From: a virus | Lineage: Duplodnaviria > Caudoviricetes | Virus record (IMG/VR): IMGVR_UViG_3300042982_000029 | Span: 1 to 60,779 of that record | Direction: 5' to 3' (one strand) | Length of the DNA stretch: 60,779 nucleotides | Part shown: positions 20,541 to 30,606 of the stretch, piece after piece | Layout: every line of letters begins with the position of its first letter | Position numbering within the stretch: the stretch's first letter is position 1 | The notes under the pieces: model-generated | The model's input: only the letters and a program-made list of their open reading frames with translations | Told to the model about the DNA's origin: nothing | Database searches by the model: none | Program-made: the position numbers and the translations under genes

Positions 20541-21437
20541 ATGTGGGACCTGGCAGATCACCAGTTCGAGCTCCTGCCCGACGAGGACCTCCCCGACGGG
20601 CTCGAGTTCGGCATCTACCTGGACCTGTCTGTCGATGACGGCGGCTTCGACCCGGGGTCCGCCGAGTGGATCGTGCAGGACGGCACCAACCCGCTCGACG
20701 GCACCACCCAGTTCGGCCGCGACTCGCTCGCCGGCGAGACCTGGGCGTGGAACGCGCATGTCAACCGGACCGACGAGACCGAGGCGCTCGAGACGCTGCG
20801 CCGCGTCCGGAAGGCCTGGCGCGCCCGCGCGACCGCGAAGGACCCGGGCAAGATGTCGGTTATCCGGTACCAGATGGACGGGAAGCGCCGCCGTACGTAC
20901 GGCCGGCCGCGCCGCCTGGCCGCGCCGCCCGACAACAAGATCCTGACCGGCTACGTCCCGGTCACCATGGACTTCAAGACCGTCACGCCGCTCACGTTCG
21001 ACGACCTGGAGCAGATGACCACGGTCAACTTCAACTCCACGTCCAACGGCGGCCTGCGGTTCCCGGTCGCGTTCCCGGCCAGCCCGCTCCCGCCCGGCGA
21101 GCGGCAGGGCTCGATCCTGGTCGGCGGCGACGCCCCTACGTACCCCGTTTACACGTTCGTCGGGCCGATCGTGAACCCTTGGATCATGTGGGACGATCGC
21201 AAGTGGACGTTCAACGCCTCGCTGAACGACGGGATCCGCATGACGGTCGACACCCGGCCGTGGAAGCGGACCATCGTCGCGAACGGCTCGTACGCGCCCG
21301 GTGCGCTCGGCCGGCGCCAGTACCTGCAGGACATGACGATCGACCCGGGTGGCCACGAGGTCGTCTTCGGCGGCCTGTCGAGCTTCGGCACCGCCCAGCT
21401 CGAGTTCCGGTGGCGCGACGCCTACGAGGGATTCTGA
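20541..21437 (+). CDS. Minor tail protein (distal tail-like)
   Basis: First gene after the tape measure; GDAPTYPVYTFVGPIVNP and WRDAY motifs. Confidence 0.78.
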   Translation: MWDLADHQFELLPDEDLPDGLEFGIYLDLSVDDGGFDPGSAEWIVQDGTNPLDGTTQFGRDSLAGETWAWNAHVNRTDETEALETLRRVRKAWRARATAKDPGKMSVIRYQMDGKRRRTYGRPRRLAAPPDNKILTGYVPVTMDFKTVTPLTFDDLEQMTTVNFNSTSNGGLRFPVAFPASPLPPGERQGSILVGGDAPTYPVYTFVGPIVNPWIMWDDRKWTFNASLNDGIRMTVDTRPWKRTIVANGSYAPGALGRRQYLQDMTIDPGGHEVVFGGLSSFGTAQLEFRWRDAYEGF

Positions 21438-21481
21438 GCGAGGACTGGTAGACTCGACGTGACGACGACCGGAGGAATCTG

Positions 21482-22480
21482 ATGCCGAACAACACCGCGT
21501 GGCTCATCGATGGGCCCCTGACTGAGGCTGAGCTCGCTCGACGGGCGCAGTTCGCCGCGTCCGGCGGTGCCGAGGGTATCGCGTCCCTGACCGACCTCAA
21601 GGTCATCACCAACTCGACGCCCGGCAACGGCGTCCGGGTGATGCCCGGCTCCGCGTCCATCCTGAACCGCTACGTGACCCCCGTCAACCAGACGTACGTC
21701 GCGACCGAGCCGTCGATCTGGGCGATCCCGTCCAGCGACATGCCGGCCAGCAACCCGGCCGCCAAGAGCCACCTGGTCGCCATGGTCGTCGGCGACCCGC
21801 AGTACTCGGCCACCGGCCACCCGTTCATGCCGTCGACCGAGATCCCGGCCGAGGACGTCGACACCTTCCAGTACGTCCGGTACGTCGTCATCCCGAACGT
21901 GCCCGCGACCACCACGAAGTTCTCCGACCTCGGGCTGAACTATCCGGGCATCGAGTTGGCTCGCCTGGACGTGCCGGCCAACACGACCACGATCACGTCC
22001 GACATGATCAAGGACCTGCGCAACGTTGCGCGGCCGCGCACCAAGGACGTCCAGTGGCACGTGTGGGCCACCGACAACGACGTCCTGAACGTCACCCCGC
22101 TGACCTATGAGGTCTGGCCCGACGCCTCGATCAAGCAGGTCGAGGTCCCGTCCTGGGCGAGCATGTGCTACGTCGACGGATTCATCAACGGCTTCGTCGA
22201 CGGCAACGACCTGCAGACCCGCGCGCGGATCCGGGTCTCCTCGCTGTCCGCGCCCGGCGGCGCGATCGCGACCTCGTACACCCAGTACGACGAGTCCGAG
22301 CTCGGCAAGAAGAACGTCAACCTCGGCGGGACGATCAAGATCCCCGCCGCGATGCGTGGCACCACGCAGCAGTTCGAGATCTCCGCGACCACTCTCGCGG
22401 CCGGCGACAACAGCGGCCTGGCGACCGTGGTCACGACATCCTGCATGGTCCACCTCCGGTTCGTCGAAGAGCCGGACTGA
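21482..22480 (+). CDS. Minor tail protein
   Basis: Synteny; VRVMPGSA and IELARLDVPANTTTITSDMIKDLR motifs. Confidence 0.75.
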   Translation: MPNNTAWLIDGPLTEAELARRAQFAASGGAEGIASLTDLKVITNSTPGNGVRVMPGSASILNRYVTPVNQTYVATEPSIWAIPSSDMPASNPAAKSHLVAMVVGDPQYSATGHPFMPSTEIPAEDVDTFQYVRYVVIPNVPATTTKFSDLGLNYPGIELARLDVPANTTTITSDMIKDLRNVARPRTKDVQWHVWATDNDVLNVTPLTYEVWPDASIKQVEVPSWASMCYVDGFINGFVDGNDLQTRARIRVSSLSAPGGAIATSYTQYDESELGKKNVNLGGTIKIPAAMRGTTQQFEISATTLAAGDNSGLATVVTTSCMVHLRFVEEPD

Positions 22481-22483
22481 CCC

Positions 22484-23611
22484 ATGGGCTGGCACTTCGA
22501 GGCGGAGCGGCTCGACGGTGACGGCAACGCTGACCTGCTGGCCAGTGACCTGCCGCTCCAGGACGTCTCTCTGACCCAGACGCTCTCCGGCGCCGATTCG
22601 TTCACCGCGACGGTCTCGCCGGAGATCGGTCGACTGCTCGGCCCGGACGGCAACCCGCTCCTGGCCGGCAACTGGTCGACCGCCATCTACGCCGTCACCG
22701 ACGAGTTCGAGGTGTACGGCGGCTACGTGCTGGACGAGCCGAAGTTCAACGGCCCCCAGTGGTCGCTCGAGGGCACCGGCTTCATGGGGTACATGTACGG
22801 CATGCCGTACACCGACTCCAATTTCTGGGTCGGGATCGACTCCATCGACGCGGCCCGCCAGATCATGACCCACCTCGCCGCGAAGCCCGGCGGCAACCTC
22901 GGCGTTATCGTCGACGCGACCACGATGTCCGGCGTCAAGATCGGCACCGAGCTCAAGCAGGGGCAGTTCGACACGATCAACGGGCCGCTCACCTTCGAGC
23001 AGGGCCCGTTCCGTCTCGCCTGGTACCAGACGCAGGACCTCGGCAACGAGTTCGACACCCTGGCCAAGAACACCCCGTTCGACTGGCGCGAGCGGCACAT
23101 CTACGTCGGCGACGTCATCGAGCACCACCTGGACTTCGGCTACCCGAAGATCGGCCGCCGGCTCGAGAACCTGCGCTTCGTCGTCGGCGAGAACGTCGCC
23201 CTGCCGCAGGTCCAGGACCACGGCGGCGAGTTCGCCACGGAGATCCTGGTGCTCGGCGCCGGCGAGGGTGCCGCGATGATCCGGGGCAGCTACTCCGGCC
23301 CGCGCCCCGGCGTACGCCGTGTAAAGGTCGTCCAGGATCAGACGCTCAAGACCGTGGCCGCCGCGAACGCCCGCGCGAAGGCCGAGTGGCAGAAGGCCCA
23401 GTCCATCCGGGACATCACCGACATCTCGCTGTTCGACCACCCCAACGCCCCGCTGGGCTCCGTGGCGGTCGGTGACGAGCTCTATCTGGAGGGTCGAATC
23501 GATTGGATGGAGGTCGGCATGTGGGTTCGTGTCACCTCTCGGACGATTCGCCCCGCAGATCTATCGGCAGTTCAGCTTACAGTCACCCGAACTGACCGCA
23601 TGATGGGCTAG
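22484..23611 (+). CDS. Minor tail protein (tail hub/Tal-like)
   Basis: Synteny; YPKIGRR, ILVLGAGEG and SVAVGDEL motifs. Confidence 0.75.
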   Translation: MGWHFEAERLDGDGNADLLASDLPLQDVSLTQTLSGADSFTATVSPEIGRLLGPDGNPLLAGNWSTAIYAVTDEFEVYGGYVLDEPKFNGPQWSLEGTGFMGYMYGMPYTDSNFWVGIDSIDAARQIMTHLAAKPGGNLGVIVDATTMSGVKIGTELKQGQFDTINGPLTFEQGPFRLAWYQTQDLGNEFDTLAKNTPFDWRERHIYVGDVIEHHLDFGYPKIGRRLENLRFVVGENVALPQVQDHGGEFATEILVLGAGEGAAMIRGSYSGPRPGVRRVKVVQDQTLKTVAAANARAKAEWQKAQSIRDITDISLFDHPNAPLGSVAVGDELYLEGRIDWMEVGMWVRVTSRTIRPADLSAVQLTVTRTDRMMG

Positions 23612-23767
23612 TATAGACATGGAGTGAAGGACGATAATCGCCCCGAGAACCTCGAGCTCTGGTCCAGGAGTCAGCCTGCAGGGCAGCGCGTGGCCGACAA
23701 GGTAGAATGGGCACGACAGATTCTCGCCCTCTACGGCGACGACTACCCGGCCGAGGAGAGCAACTGA
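23612..23767 (+). pseudogene. Remnant C-terminal fragment of an HNH endonuclease
   Basis: Translates as YRHGVKDDNRPENLELWSRSQPAGQRVADKVEWARQILALY, which aligns with HKNGDRADNRIDNLEIWNTAQPSGQRPEDKVEFALEMLLLY of the 13772 HNH; N-terminal part missing. Confidence 0.8.
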
Positions 23768-26700
23768 TGAGCGGCATCGAAGAGCTTGCCCGGCGGCTCC
23801 TGTCGCTCGAGAAGGCCCAGATGGCCCGCTCCACCCCTCAGCTCGCGTACAGCTCGATCGAGAACGGCGCCCTCCGCGCTCACGACGACCTGTTCGGCGA
23901 GACCATGCAGATCGGTCTCCAGTGGGACGGCACGTACGCGCCCACCGTGACCAACGGCCCGACTCCGCCGACCCCGTCCGCGCCGCAGGTCCTGGACGCC
24001 ACTGAGGGCATCGTCGTCGGGTGGGACGGCTCGTTCGCCGGCGGCCTCATCCCGACCCCCATGGACTTCCTCCGCGTCGACGTGCACGTCGGCGCGACCA
24101 GCGACTTCATCCCGGACCACAACAACCGTCGGGCCTCGTTCGCGTCGCCGCAGGGCGGCTTCGCCAGCATCACGCTGGGCTACGGGACGTACTGGGTCAA
24201 GCTGGTGCTGTGGACCCTGGCCGGCAAGGTCAGTGCGGCGTCCACCGCGACCGAGGGCGACTCGTGGCCCGTCGAGGTGAGTTCGGACGGCTTCGCGCCG
24301 GCCAGCTCTCCCGACCCCACCGTCATTGGCGCCTACGAGACCCTCGTCGTCAAGTGGTCCCCGATCAGCAACGCCGACCCGGTCCGCTATCAGGTTCACG
24401 TCTCCACGACCACCGGCTTCACGCCGGGCCCGGACACGCTCGTCGACACCGTCCAGGGCGGCCAGTTCAGCATCAAGACACTGCCCGGCGAGGCGCCCGT
24501 CAACCCCGGCGACGTGGACCCGCGCAAGCTGCAGTACGACACCACGTACTACGTCAGGCTGGTCGCCGAGGACGACGACGGCACCGCCGCCCCGTCCGCC
24601 GAGGCTTCCGACCAGATCTTCCGCATCAACGGCGGCATGATCGGCGCGGAGACCATCGTCGGCGCGAACATCCTCGGTGGCACGATCACCGGCGACCTAC
24701 TGAGCTCCACGATGGTCATCTCGTCGGCGTTCTGGACGGCCCTGACCGGCCAGCGCGCCGGCTTCACCCCGGACGGCTTCTTCGCATACAAGCCTGACAA
24801 CTCGGCCATCCTGAAGATCCCGACCGATGGCAGCAACGCGCTGTACGACGGCGAACTCGTCGTGCGCGGCGCCACGATCCTGGGCGGCATGTCCATCCAG
24901 TCCGACGAGAACGAGCTGACCGCCGACGCCCGGATCACCCTGATGCGTGGCATCGTCTCGCCGACCGCGTCGCCCCAGATGGCCTTGGACTACGAATACG
25001 TCACGCCCAGCACGGCCGGACTGTCCAGCGCCCTGAAGACCGACATCCTTGGGACCTTCGACTTCGACGCGAACCAGATCTCCTGCATCGAGTGGCGAAG
25101 CACGCTGAACTTCTGGTCGATGTTCCAGGTCCGCCCTGGAGGCACGCGCGAGTGGTGGATCAACCCGGACGGTACGCCGCACGACATCACCGGCGCCGGG
25201 GACTACTTCCTCGACTGGAAGGACTGGGAGATCTGGTCGGCGACCGAGCTCCTCACGTCCACCAATCCGGCGCTCAACGGTCACTACCTGATGTTCCGAT
25301 TCATGCCGTCCGGAGACGACTACTGGGTATGCGCGCCGTCGGGAAACTATCGGTACTCGCGCCAAAACGGTATCCAGCCTCCGGTGATCGGGAACAACGG
25401 CCAGAGCATCTTCGTGGCCGAAGTGCCGACCATTGTGACCCCGCAGACCCATCTCCGCATTCGATACTACGAGCCGCTGCTGGACAATGGCGTCATGCCG
25501 GCGCCGACGACAGCGTACGAGTCGACCACGGGCTTCAGCTCGGGCACCGCCCTGGCCAACGTCCGGTACAGCACCACTGGATTCGACGTGTCCGGGGGCT
25601 CCGGCGCTCGCTACCTAGCGGCCGAACGAGGCAACTCGACGAACAACAAGATCCTGGTCACCTCGGGCACGAACGCCGACTCGATCTTCCCATCCGGCTC
25701 GGGCAACAACTGGTCGTCGGCCAACAAGGAGGCCCACTCCTTCGAGGCTCCGGCGTCGAACCGGCGCGGCTGTGACTGGGACGGTACGCAGTTCTGGACG
25801 CTGTCCGGCGATGGTCGGCTGTACAAGCACACGAACCAGTTCTGGGATCCCGCCACGACGTCCTCGACCCTCTGGGGCCAGACCACGTTCCGCGACGGTG
25901 ACTCTGGCGGAACCGGCACGCACGAGACGACTCCCGGCGCGGCGAAGTCCTTCACCTGGAAGCGTCGGTCCCGGTTCACGTTCGTCTCGCCGGACGTGCC
26001 TGACAATGGCGGCCCGGACGACCCGGACCGCGTGCGGTTCTACGTCGGCCGTGGCTTGACCAAGCCGGCCAACTCGGCCATGTTCCAGCAGTACGAGGGC
26101 ACCGGCACGGCGACGATCAGCACGCTCGCGACGTCCGGCAACGTTCCCCCGACCATCAACACGTTCCCGTCGGCCAACCCAGCCAAGATCCGCACCGATG
26201 ACGACGCCCTGGTCATCTCGGGCGACGGCACGATCAAGATCAACGGCGTCGACGTCGCGGTTGGCTCCCCCGTGCGTCAGATCTTCACGAGCTCGGGCAC
26301 GTGGACCAAGCCGGCCAACATCAAGGCCGTGCGGGTTCAGGTGCAGGGCGGTGGCGGCGCGGGTGGCGGTGCGGCTGCACTGTCGGCCGACGGCACGCAC
26401 TCCATGGGTTCCGGCGGCGGCGGCGGCGGGTACGCGGAGAAGTGGTTCCTCGCAGCCGACCTGGCCAGCTCCATTCCGGTCAGCGTTGGCGGCGGCGGCG
26501 TGGGTGCTTCGGCGGCAACCGGCGGCGGCGGCGGTGCATCGAACTTCCAGCACACCACGAACGTCGTCGGCAACGGTGGCGGCGGCGGCGGGCTCTTCGG
26601 GGCGACCGCCCTGGCCCTCGGCCCGGCTGTTGGTCAAGGTGGCTCGGCGACCGGCGGCGACACCAACCAGCAGGGCGGGGGGGGCGTGGCTGGCTGGGGC

Positions 26701-26928
26701 AACGCGGCCTGGGGGGTCGGCGGCGCTGGCGGCAATGCGATCCTGGGGACTGGCGGCGCTGGTCGCGGTACGGCAGCGCAGGGTCCGTACACCGGCTTCG
26801 CAGGGAACAACTACGGCGGCGGCGGCGGCGGCGCTCTGACGGCCCGGACGAACAGCTCGGCTGCCGCAACGGCGGTCGCTGGCGGTAACGGAGCGCCGGG
26901 AATCGTCATCGTCACGGTATACTACTGA
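23767..26928 (+). CDS. Large minor tail / central fibre protein with FN3-like and Gly-rich domains
   Basis: FN3-like segments (LVVKWSP..YQVHVS..YYVRLVA); FTSSGTWTKP..GGGG Gly-rich C-terminus. Confidence 0.8.
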   Translation: MSGIEELARRLLSLEKAQMARSTPQLAYSSIENGALRAHDDLFGETMQIGLQWDGTYAPTVTNGPTPPTPSAPQVLDATEGIVVGWDGSFAGGLIPTPMDFLRVDVHVGATSDFIPDHNNRRASFASPQGGFASITLGYGTYWVKLVLWTLAGKVSAASTATEGDSWPVEVSSDGFAPASSPDPTVIGAYETLVVKWSPISNADPVRYQVHVSTTTGFTPGPDTLVDTVQGGQFSIKTLPGEAPVNPGDVDPRKLQYDTTYYVRLVAEDDDGTAAPSAEASDQIFRINGGMIGAETIVGANILGGTITGDLLSSTMVISSAFWTALTGQRAGFTPDGFFAYKPDNSAILKIPTDGSNALYDGELVVRGATILGGMSIQSDENELTADARITLMRGIVSPTASPQMALDYEYVTPSTAGLSSALKTDILGTFDFDANQISCIEWRSTLNFWSMFQVRPGGTREWWINPDGTPHDITGAGDYFLDWKDWEIWSATELLTSTNPALNGHYLMFRFMPSGDDYWVCAPSGNYRYSRQNGIQPPVIGNNGQSIFVAEVPTIVTPQTHLRIRYYEPLLDNGVMPAPTTAYESTTGFSSGTALANVRYSTTGFDVSGGSGARYLAAERGNSTNNKILVTSGTNADSIFPSGSGNNWSSANKEAHSFEAPASNRRGCDWDGTQFWTLSGDGRLYKHTNQFWDPATTSSTLWGQTTFRDGDSGGTGTHETTPGAAKSFTWKRRSRFTFVSPDVPDNGGPDDPDRVRFYVGRGLTKPANSAMFQQYEGTGTATISTLATSGNVPPTINTFPSANPAKIRTDDDALVISGDGTIKINGVDVAVGSPVRQIFTSSGTWTKPANIKAVRVQVQGGGGAGGGAAALSADGTHSMGSGGGGGGYAEKWFLAADLASSIPVSVGGGGVGASAATGGGGGASNFQHTTNVVGNGGGGGGLFGATALALGPAVGQGGSATGGDTNQQGGGGVAGWGNAAWGVGGAGGNAILGTGGAGRGTAAQGPYTGFAGNNYGGGGGGALTARTNSSAAATAVAGGNGAPGIVIVTVYY

Positions 26929-26929
26929 C

Positions 26930-27235
26930 ATGACTTACCAGACCCCCGCGCGCTCGGGCGAGCAGCAGTACAAGGCCGCTTTCTCTTCGTACTTCAATGA
27001 CGAGAATGGCGCCTACGGCGAAGCCGCGATCATCGACATCCAGTTCAGGTTCGAAGCAGCCGTCCATGGCCCCAACTGGGAGGCTGTGGCCGACGAGCAG
27101 TGGCAGAGCTTCGTCGACTACGTGCGCGACTGGCCCGGTTTCGCGACCAGTGACCCGAGCTACGGCATCGTTGGTCCGACCACCTTCTCGGCCGGCAAGA
27201 CCTATCCGGTCACCGAAGAGGTTACCACCCCGTGA
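26930..27235 (+). CDS. Hypothetical protein (tail tip region)
   Basis: Tightly packed 101-aa ORF. Confidence 0.6.
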   Translation: MTYQTPARSGEQQYKAAFSSYFNDENGAYGEAAIIDIQFRFEAAVHGPNWEAVADEQWQSFVDYVRDWPGFATSDPSYGIVGPTTFSAGKTYPVTEEVTTP

Positions 27236-27852
27236 CTAACTACGGATCCGGCATCTATCCCGGCCCGACCACCTCTTCCATCCAGGACGCTGGCTGGGCC
27301 GACCCCGACCTCAAGTGGGGCATGCTCGGCGACTCGATCACGTACCGCTCAGCTCCCAAGCTGCGCGCCGCGTTCGCCCAGGCCGGCGTGGACAGCTTCG
27401 CGATCCGGGCGCACTCCGGGCAGAACTGGGCCGGCTCCAACACCTGGCTCGACTCGCTCACCTACCTCCCCGACAACCTGATCGTGTTCCTCGGCGCCAA
27501 CGACGTCCAGAACCCGTTCGGCGTGCCGGAGCAGATCGCCCGGACCAAGTCGATCATCGGCGAGGGCGTCAACCTGTTCCTCGTCGACACCTACGTCAAC
27601 CGGCCGGCGTACCCGAACCACGACCTGCGCAACTCCGGCCAGGTCAACGGGTACATCCGCCAGGCCGTCGATGCCGCGCACACCGTCAACTGGGTCGCCG
27701 CGATCACCTCCGCCGTCGGCCGGGGCATCCAGCCGGGCTACTACATCCAGGACGGCGTGCACCCGTGGGTGGCCGCCGAGAACGGCCACGGGGACGGCAC
27801 CGCATTCCTCGCGGCGACCGTGATCCAGGCCATTCAGCCGTTCCTCGTGTAA
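27232..27852 (+). CDS. SGNH/GDSL hydrolase
   Basis: Block I LGDSIT, block III LGAND, block V DGVHP. Confidence 0.85.
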   Translation: MTNYGSGIYPGPTTSSIQDAGWADPDLKWGMLGDSITYRSAPKLRAAFAQAGVDSFAIRAHSGQNWAGSNTWLDSLTYLPDNLIVFLGANDVQNPFGVPEQIARTKSIIGEGVNLFLVDTYVNRPAYPNHDLRNSGQVNGYIRQAVDAAHTVNWVAAITSAVGRGIQPGYYIQDGVHPWVAAENGHGDGTAFLAATVIQAIQPFLV

Positions 27853-27932
27853 ACGTTCCAATCAGGCGGCCGGGTTGCGTCAGTCAGCTACCATGGGGTG
27901 ACAGACAATCGCCCCCAAGACTGGACGGCTTC

Positions 27933-28403
27933 ATGACCACAAAGCAGCCCGGCCAGCCTAACCGCTTCTGGCTCGCCTTCACCGTCTCGTCATTCGAGAT
28001 GCCCATCACGCTCGCGTTCGGCCTGTACGGCCTCGCCAGCCTGATCTTCAGTGACTTCATCACCCCGCCCTCCGTCGATCTCACGTACAGCGTGTGGCTC
28101 GTTATCATCTGGCATCTCCTCATGGCCCTGGGCGGCTTTGGCTCTGCAATCGGCCGGCTCTTTGAGTGGGAGAGGCTTGAGATGTCAGGCCTCTCCGCAC
28201 TGGGCCTGTCGTGCGTCTACTACATGATCGCGACCTACCTGATCAACCACGAAGCAGCGTTCGGTCTCACCGTGCTCCTGCTGGCGCTCGCCATTGCGTG
28301 CGCGATCCGAATGTACGTCCTACGAAAGTCTCTCAAGGCTCAGGATGTCGTCCGCAACGTAGTGGAGGCGCTCCGACACAATCACAACGGAGACGACTCG
28401 TGA
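27933..28403 (+). CDS. Multi-pass membrane protein (holin-like)
   Basis: About four hydrophobic segments; in the lysis region. Confidence 0.65.
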   Translation: MTTKQPGQPNRFWLAFTVSSFEMPITLAFGLYGLASLIFSDFITPPSVDLTYSVWLVIIWHLLMALGGFGSAIGRLFEWERLEMSGLSALGLSCVYYMIATYLINHEAAFGLTVLLLALAIACAIRMYVLRKSLKAQDVVRNVVEALRHNHNGDDS

Positions 28404-28861
28404 TCACGCTACTTCTCATCCTCGCGGCTGACCCGACCACCTGGGACACCATCATCGGCACGGGCGGCTGGGCCGGCGCGCTCGGCATCATCGCATTCAT
28501 CGCCAAGCAGGGCGTCGACGCCTGGGTGGCCCACCGACGCGACAAGCGGGAGGGCATCGACGCTGAGCAGAAGGAAGTGCTCGGCGAGGTCGGCGCGGCC
28601 GTCGGCAATGCCTCGACCGTCAACGCGCTCATGCTCAAGTCGCTGGAGAACCTGGCGCAGGAGAACGAGCGGCTCCTGGCTCGCAACTCCCACCTCGAGG
28701 ACCTGAACGCCCAGAAGGACGCGAAGATCGACGAGCGGGACAAGACGATCGAGCAGCTCAAGGCCAACCTGGAGGAGTGGGTGTCTCGCGGCCAGCAGTA
28801 CGTCGAGCAGATCACTAACTACCAGCGGCTCCTCCGCGAGCAGGAGGGCGAGGTAGACTAG
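28400..28861 (+). CDS. Membrane-anchored coiled-coil protein (lysis cassette)
   Basis: N-terminal TM segment followed by a long charged coiled coil. Confidence 0.65.
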   Translation: MITLLLILAADPTTWDTIIGTGGWAGALGIIAFIAKQGVDAWVAHRRDKREGIDAEQKEVLGEVGAAVGNASTVNALMLKSLENLAQENERLLARNSHLEDLNAQKDAKIDERDKTIEQLKANLEEWVSRGQQYVEQITNYQRLLREQEGEVD

Positions 28862-28895
28862 CAGGGATAAGCCCGCTCGTCTACCCGGAGAAGCT

Positions 28896-29771
28896 ATGCC
28901 TACCTCACAGAACGGCTGGCCCGCGAACGACGTTTCGCGCACCGCCAGCTACAAGATCGCCGGCACCACTCGCGCGCTGCGACTCGTCAAGGGTCCGGCC
29001 GGCGAGCTGCTGGCCCTGCTCGCCGCCTGGATCGACGCCAACGTCGAGGTCATGGACAAGGACGCCGAGCTCGACGACTGGGGCTACGCGGAGCGGCCGA
29101 TTCGCGGCTCCACGACCACCCTGTCGAACCACGCGTCCGGCACGGCCTTCGACTACAACGCCACCCAGCACCCCCTGGGCACGACCGGCAACTGGTCGTA
29201 CGCGGAGAAGTCGAAGATCAACGCCAAGCTGAAGCAGCTCGGCAACGTCGTGCGCTGGGGCGAGAACTACTCCGGTCGCAAGGACCCTATGCACTTCGAG
29301 ATCAACGTGCGCCCGACGGCGGCCGGCCTGGCCGCGATCAACCGGGCGATCACCGCGATCAAGGGCGCCCCGGCGCCGGTCAAGGACGTCCCGAACGACG
29401 GCATCGATATGACGGTCGTGGCGGCCTCGATCCGGTACGGCGCGAACGGCGGCTACTTCCACGCCGGCCAGACCACCGGCCCCAACTCGGCCGGCGCGGA
29501 CATCGACATCTTCCTCGCCTGGTGGCTGCGGCTGAACCGGAACGTCAACGCCGACGTGAAGGCCAAGGTCGAGCGCGACGTGCGCGTGTATCGTGCGCTC
29601 CGGGCCATCGCGGCCAGGAGCGACGCGGCGGCGGACTGGAAGCGCGCCGGCGCTCAGCTCACCGGCATCATCAAGTCGTTCCAGGCGCGGTACCGCCTGG
29701 ACGTCGACGGCATCTTCGGCCCGCAGTGCGCTGCCGTGATGCGCCACGACAACTACGTCGTCATCCTCTGA
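28896..29771 (+). CDS. Endolysin (M15 family peptidase + peptidoglycan-binding domain)
   Basis: SQNGWPA start, LSNHASGTAFD, DPMHFEI; C-terminal FQARYRLDVDGIFGP. Confidence 0.9.
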   Translation: MPTSQNGWPANDVSRTASYKIAGTTRALRLVKGPAGELLALLAAWIDANVEVMDKDAELDDWGYAERPIRGSTTTLSNHASGTAFDYNATQHPLGTTGNWSYAEKSKINAKLKQLGNVVRWGENYSGRKDPMHFEINVRPTAAGLAAINRAITAIKGAPAPVKDVPNDGIDMTVVAASIRYGANGGYFHAGQTTGPNSAGADIDIFLAWWLRLNRNVNADVKAKVERDVRVYRALRAIAARSDAAADWKRAGAQLTGIIKSFQARYRLDVDGIFGPQCAAVMRHDNYVVIL

Positions 29772-29790
29772 CAGGGAGAACCACATCACC

Positions 29791-30303
29791 ATGAACACCT
29801 CCGTGAAGCTGTTCGGCAAGGACCCGGCTCTGGTCGGCGCCTTCCTGCAGTCCCTCCTGGCCGCGCTGCTGGGCCTCGGGGTCATCCCGGGCCTGAACAG
29901 CGAGACCGCCGCGCTGATCTCGGTCGCCGGTGCGGCCGTGTTCGGCGGCTACGCGGCGTTCGCGATCAAGCAGAACGTCCTGCCGGCCGTGGTCGCGGCC
30001 TTCCAGGCGCTGGCGGCCGTCGCGGTGGGCTTCGGCCTGGGCGACGTCCTGGCGGCGCATGGGTACGACGCGACCCTGCTGACTGGCCTCGCGACTGCCG
30101 TACTGACCGCCGGCCTCGGCCTGTTCCTGCGGACCCAGGCTGACCCGAAGGCCGGCTCGCCGGCCGACCCGGACCCGGTCACTCCTCAGCCGGTCGTGGT
30201 CAACGTCGCTGCTGCGCCGTCCCTGGCTCAGCACAGCGCTGACGACGAGCCGGAGTTCGTGAACGGCGAGGCCCTCGACGGGGAGCACGACCACCTCGCC
30301 TGA
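29791..30303 (+). CDS. Holin
   Basis: Four hydrophobic helices directly after the endolysin; FGKDPAL start. Confidence 0.75.
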   Translation: MNTSVKLFGKDPALVGAFLQSLLAALLGLGVIPGLNSETAALISVAGAAVFGGYAAFAIKQNVLPAVVAAFQALAAVAVGFGLGDVLAAHGYDATLLTGLATAVLTAGLGLFLRTQADPKAGSPADPDPVTPQPVVVNVAAAPSLAQHSADDEPEFVNGEALDGEHDHLA

Positions 30304-30314
30304 CCGATCCCCCG

Positions 30315-30348
30315 GAGACCCCCGCAGCCTGTTGACTGCGGGGGTTCT
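30315..30348 (+). terminator. Terminator hairpin after the lysis cassette
   Basis: GAGACCCCCGCAG...CTGCGGGGGTTCT followed by TC. Confidence 0.7.
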
Positions 30349-30360
30349 TCATGTCACGAT
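30332..30360 (+). promoter_or_regulatory. SigA-like promoter for a leaderless small gene
   Basis: TTGACT-N17-CACGAT with ATG 7 nt downstream. Confidence 0.5.
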
Positions 30361-30366
30361 GGGTAG

Positions 30367-30546
30367 ATGGCTACACATCCGAAGAAGGCGAAGTCGCCGA
30401 AGAAGGTGAGCAAGGCCAAGGTCGCCGAGGCGGTCAAGGTAAATGGGCAGTGGCGGGTCAAGTGCTACAAGTGCGGCCTGCTTCAGCCGCACTACGGGAG
30501 CTGGACGACGGCCGCCACGGCGGCCTGGAAGCACGGGAAGCACTGA
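30367..30546 (+). CDS. Small basic Zn-finger-like protein (59 aa)
   Basis: MATHPKKAKSPKKVSKAKVAEAVKVNGQWRVKCYKCGLLQPHYGSWTTAATAAWKHGKH; CxxC...HxxH; absent from the ORF track. Confidence 0.65.
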   Translation: MATHPKKAKSPKKVSKAKVAEAVKVNGQWRVKCYKCGLLQPHYGSWTTAATAAWKHGKH

Positions 30547-30567
30547 GAGCCGATCTGAGCGCCTGAA

Positions 30568-30599
30568 AGGCCCCGGGGTCCTACTGGACGCCGGGGCCT
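30568..30599. terminator. Hairpin at the convergence of left- and right-arm transcription
   Basis: AGGCCCCGG...CCGGGGCCT between convergent genes. Confidence 0.65.
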
Positions 30600-30606
30600 C
30601 CGCACG

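Noticed and set aside
4262-29885. Long minus-strand ORFs opposite the structural genes (e.g. 4262-6472, 17699-20542, 21422-23440)
   Set aside because: Antisense shadows typical of high-GC3 coding; no motifs or RBS, and they fully overlap well-supported + strand genes.
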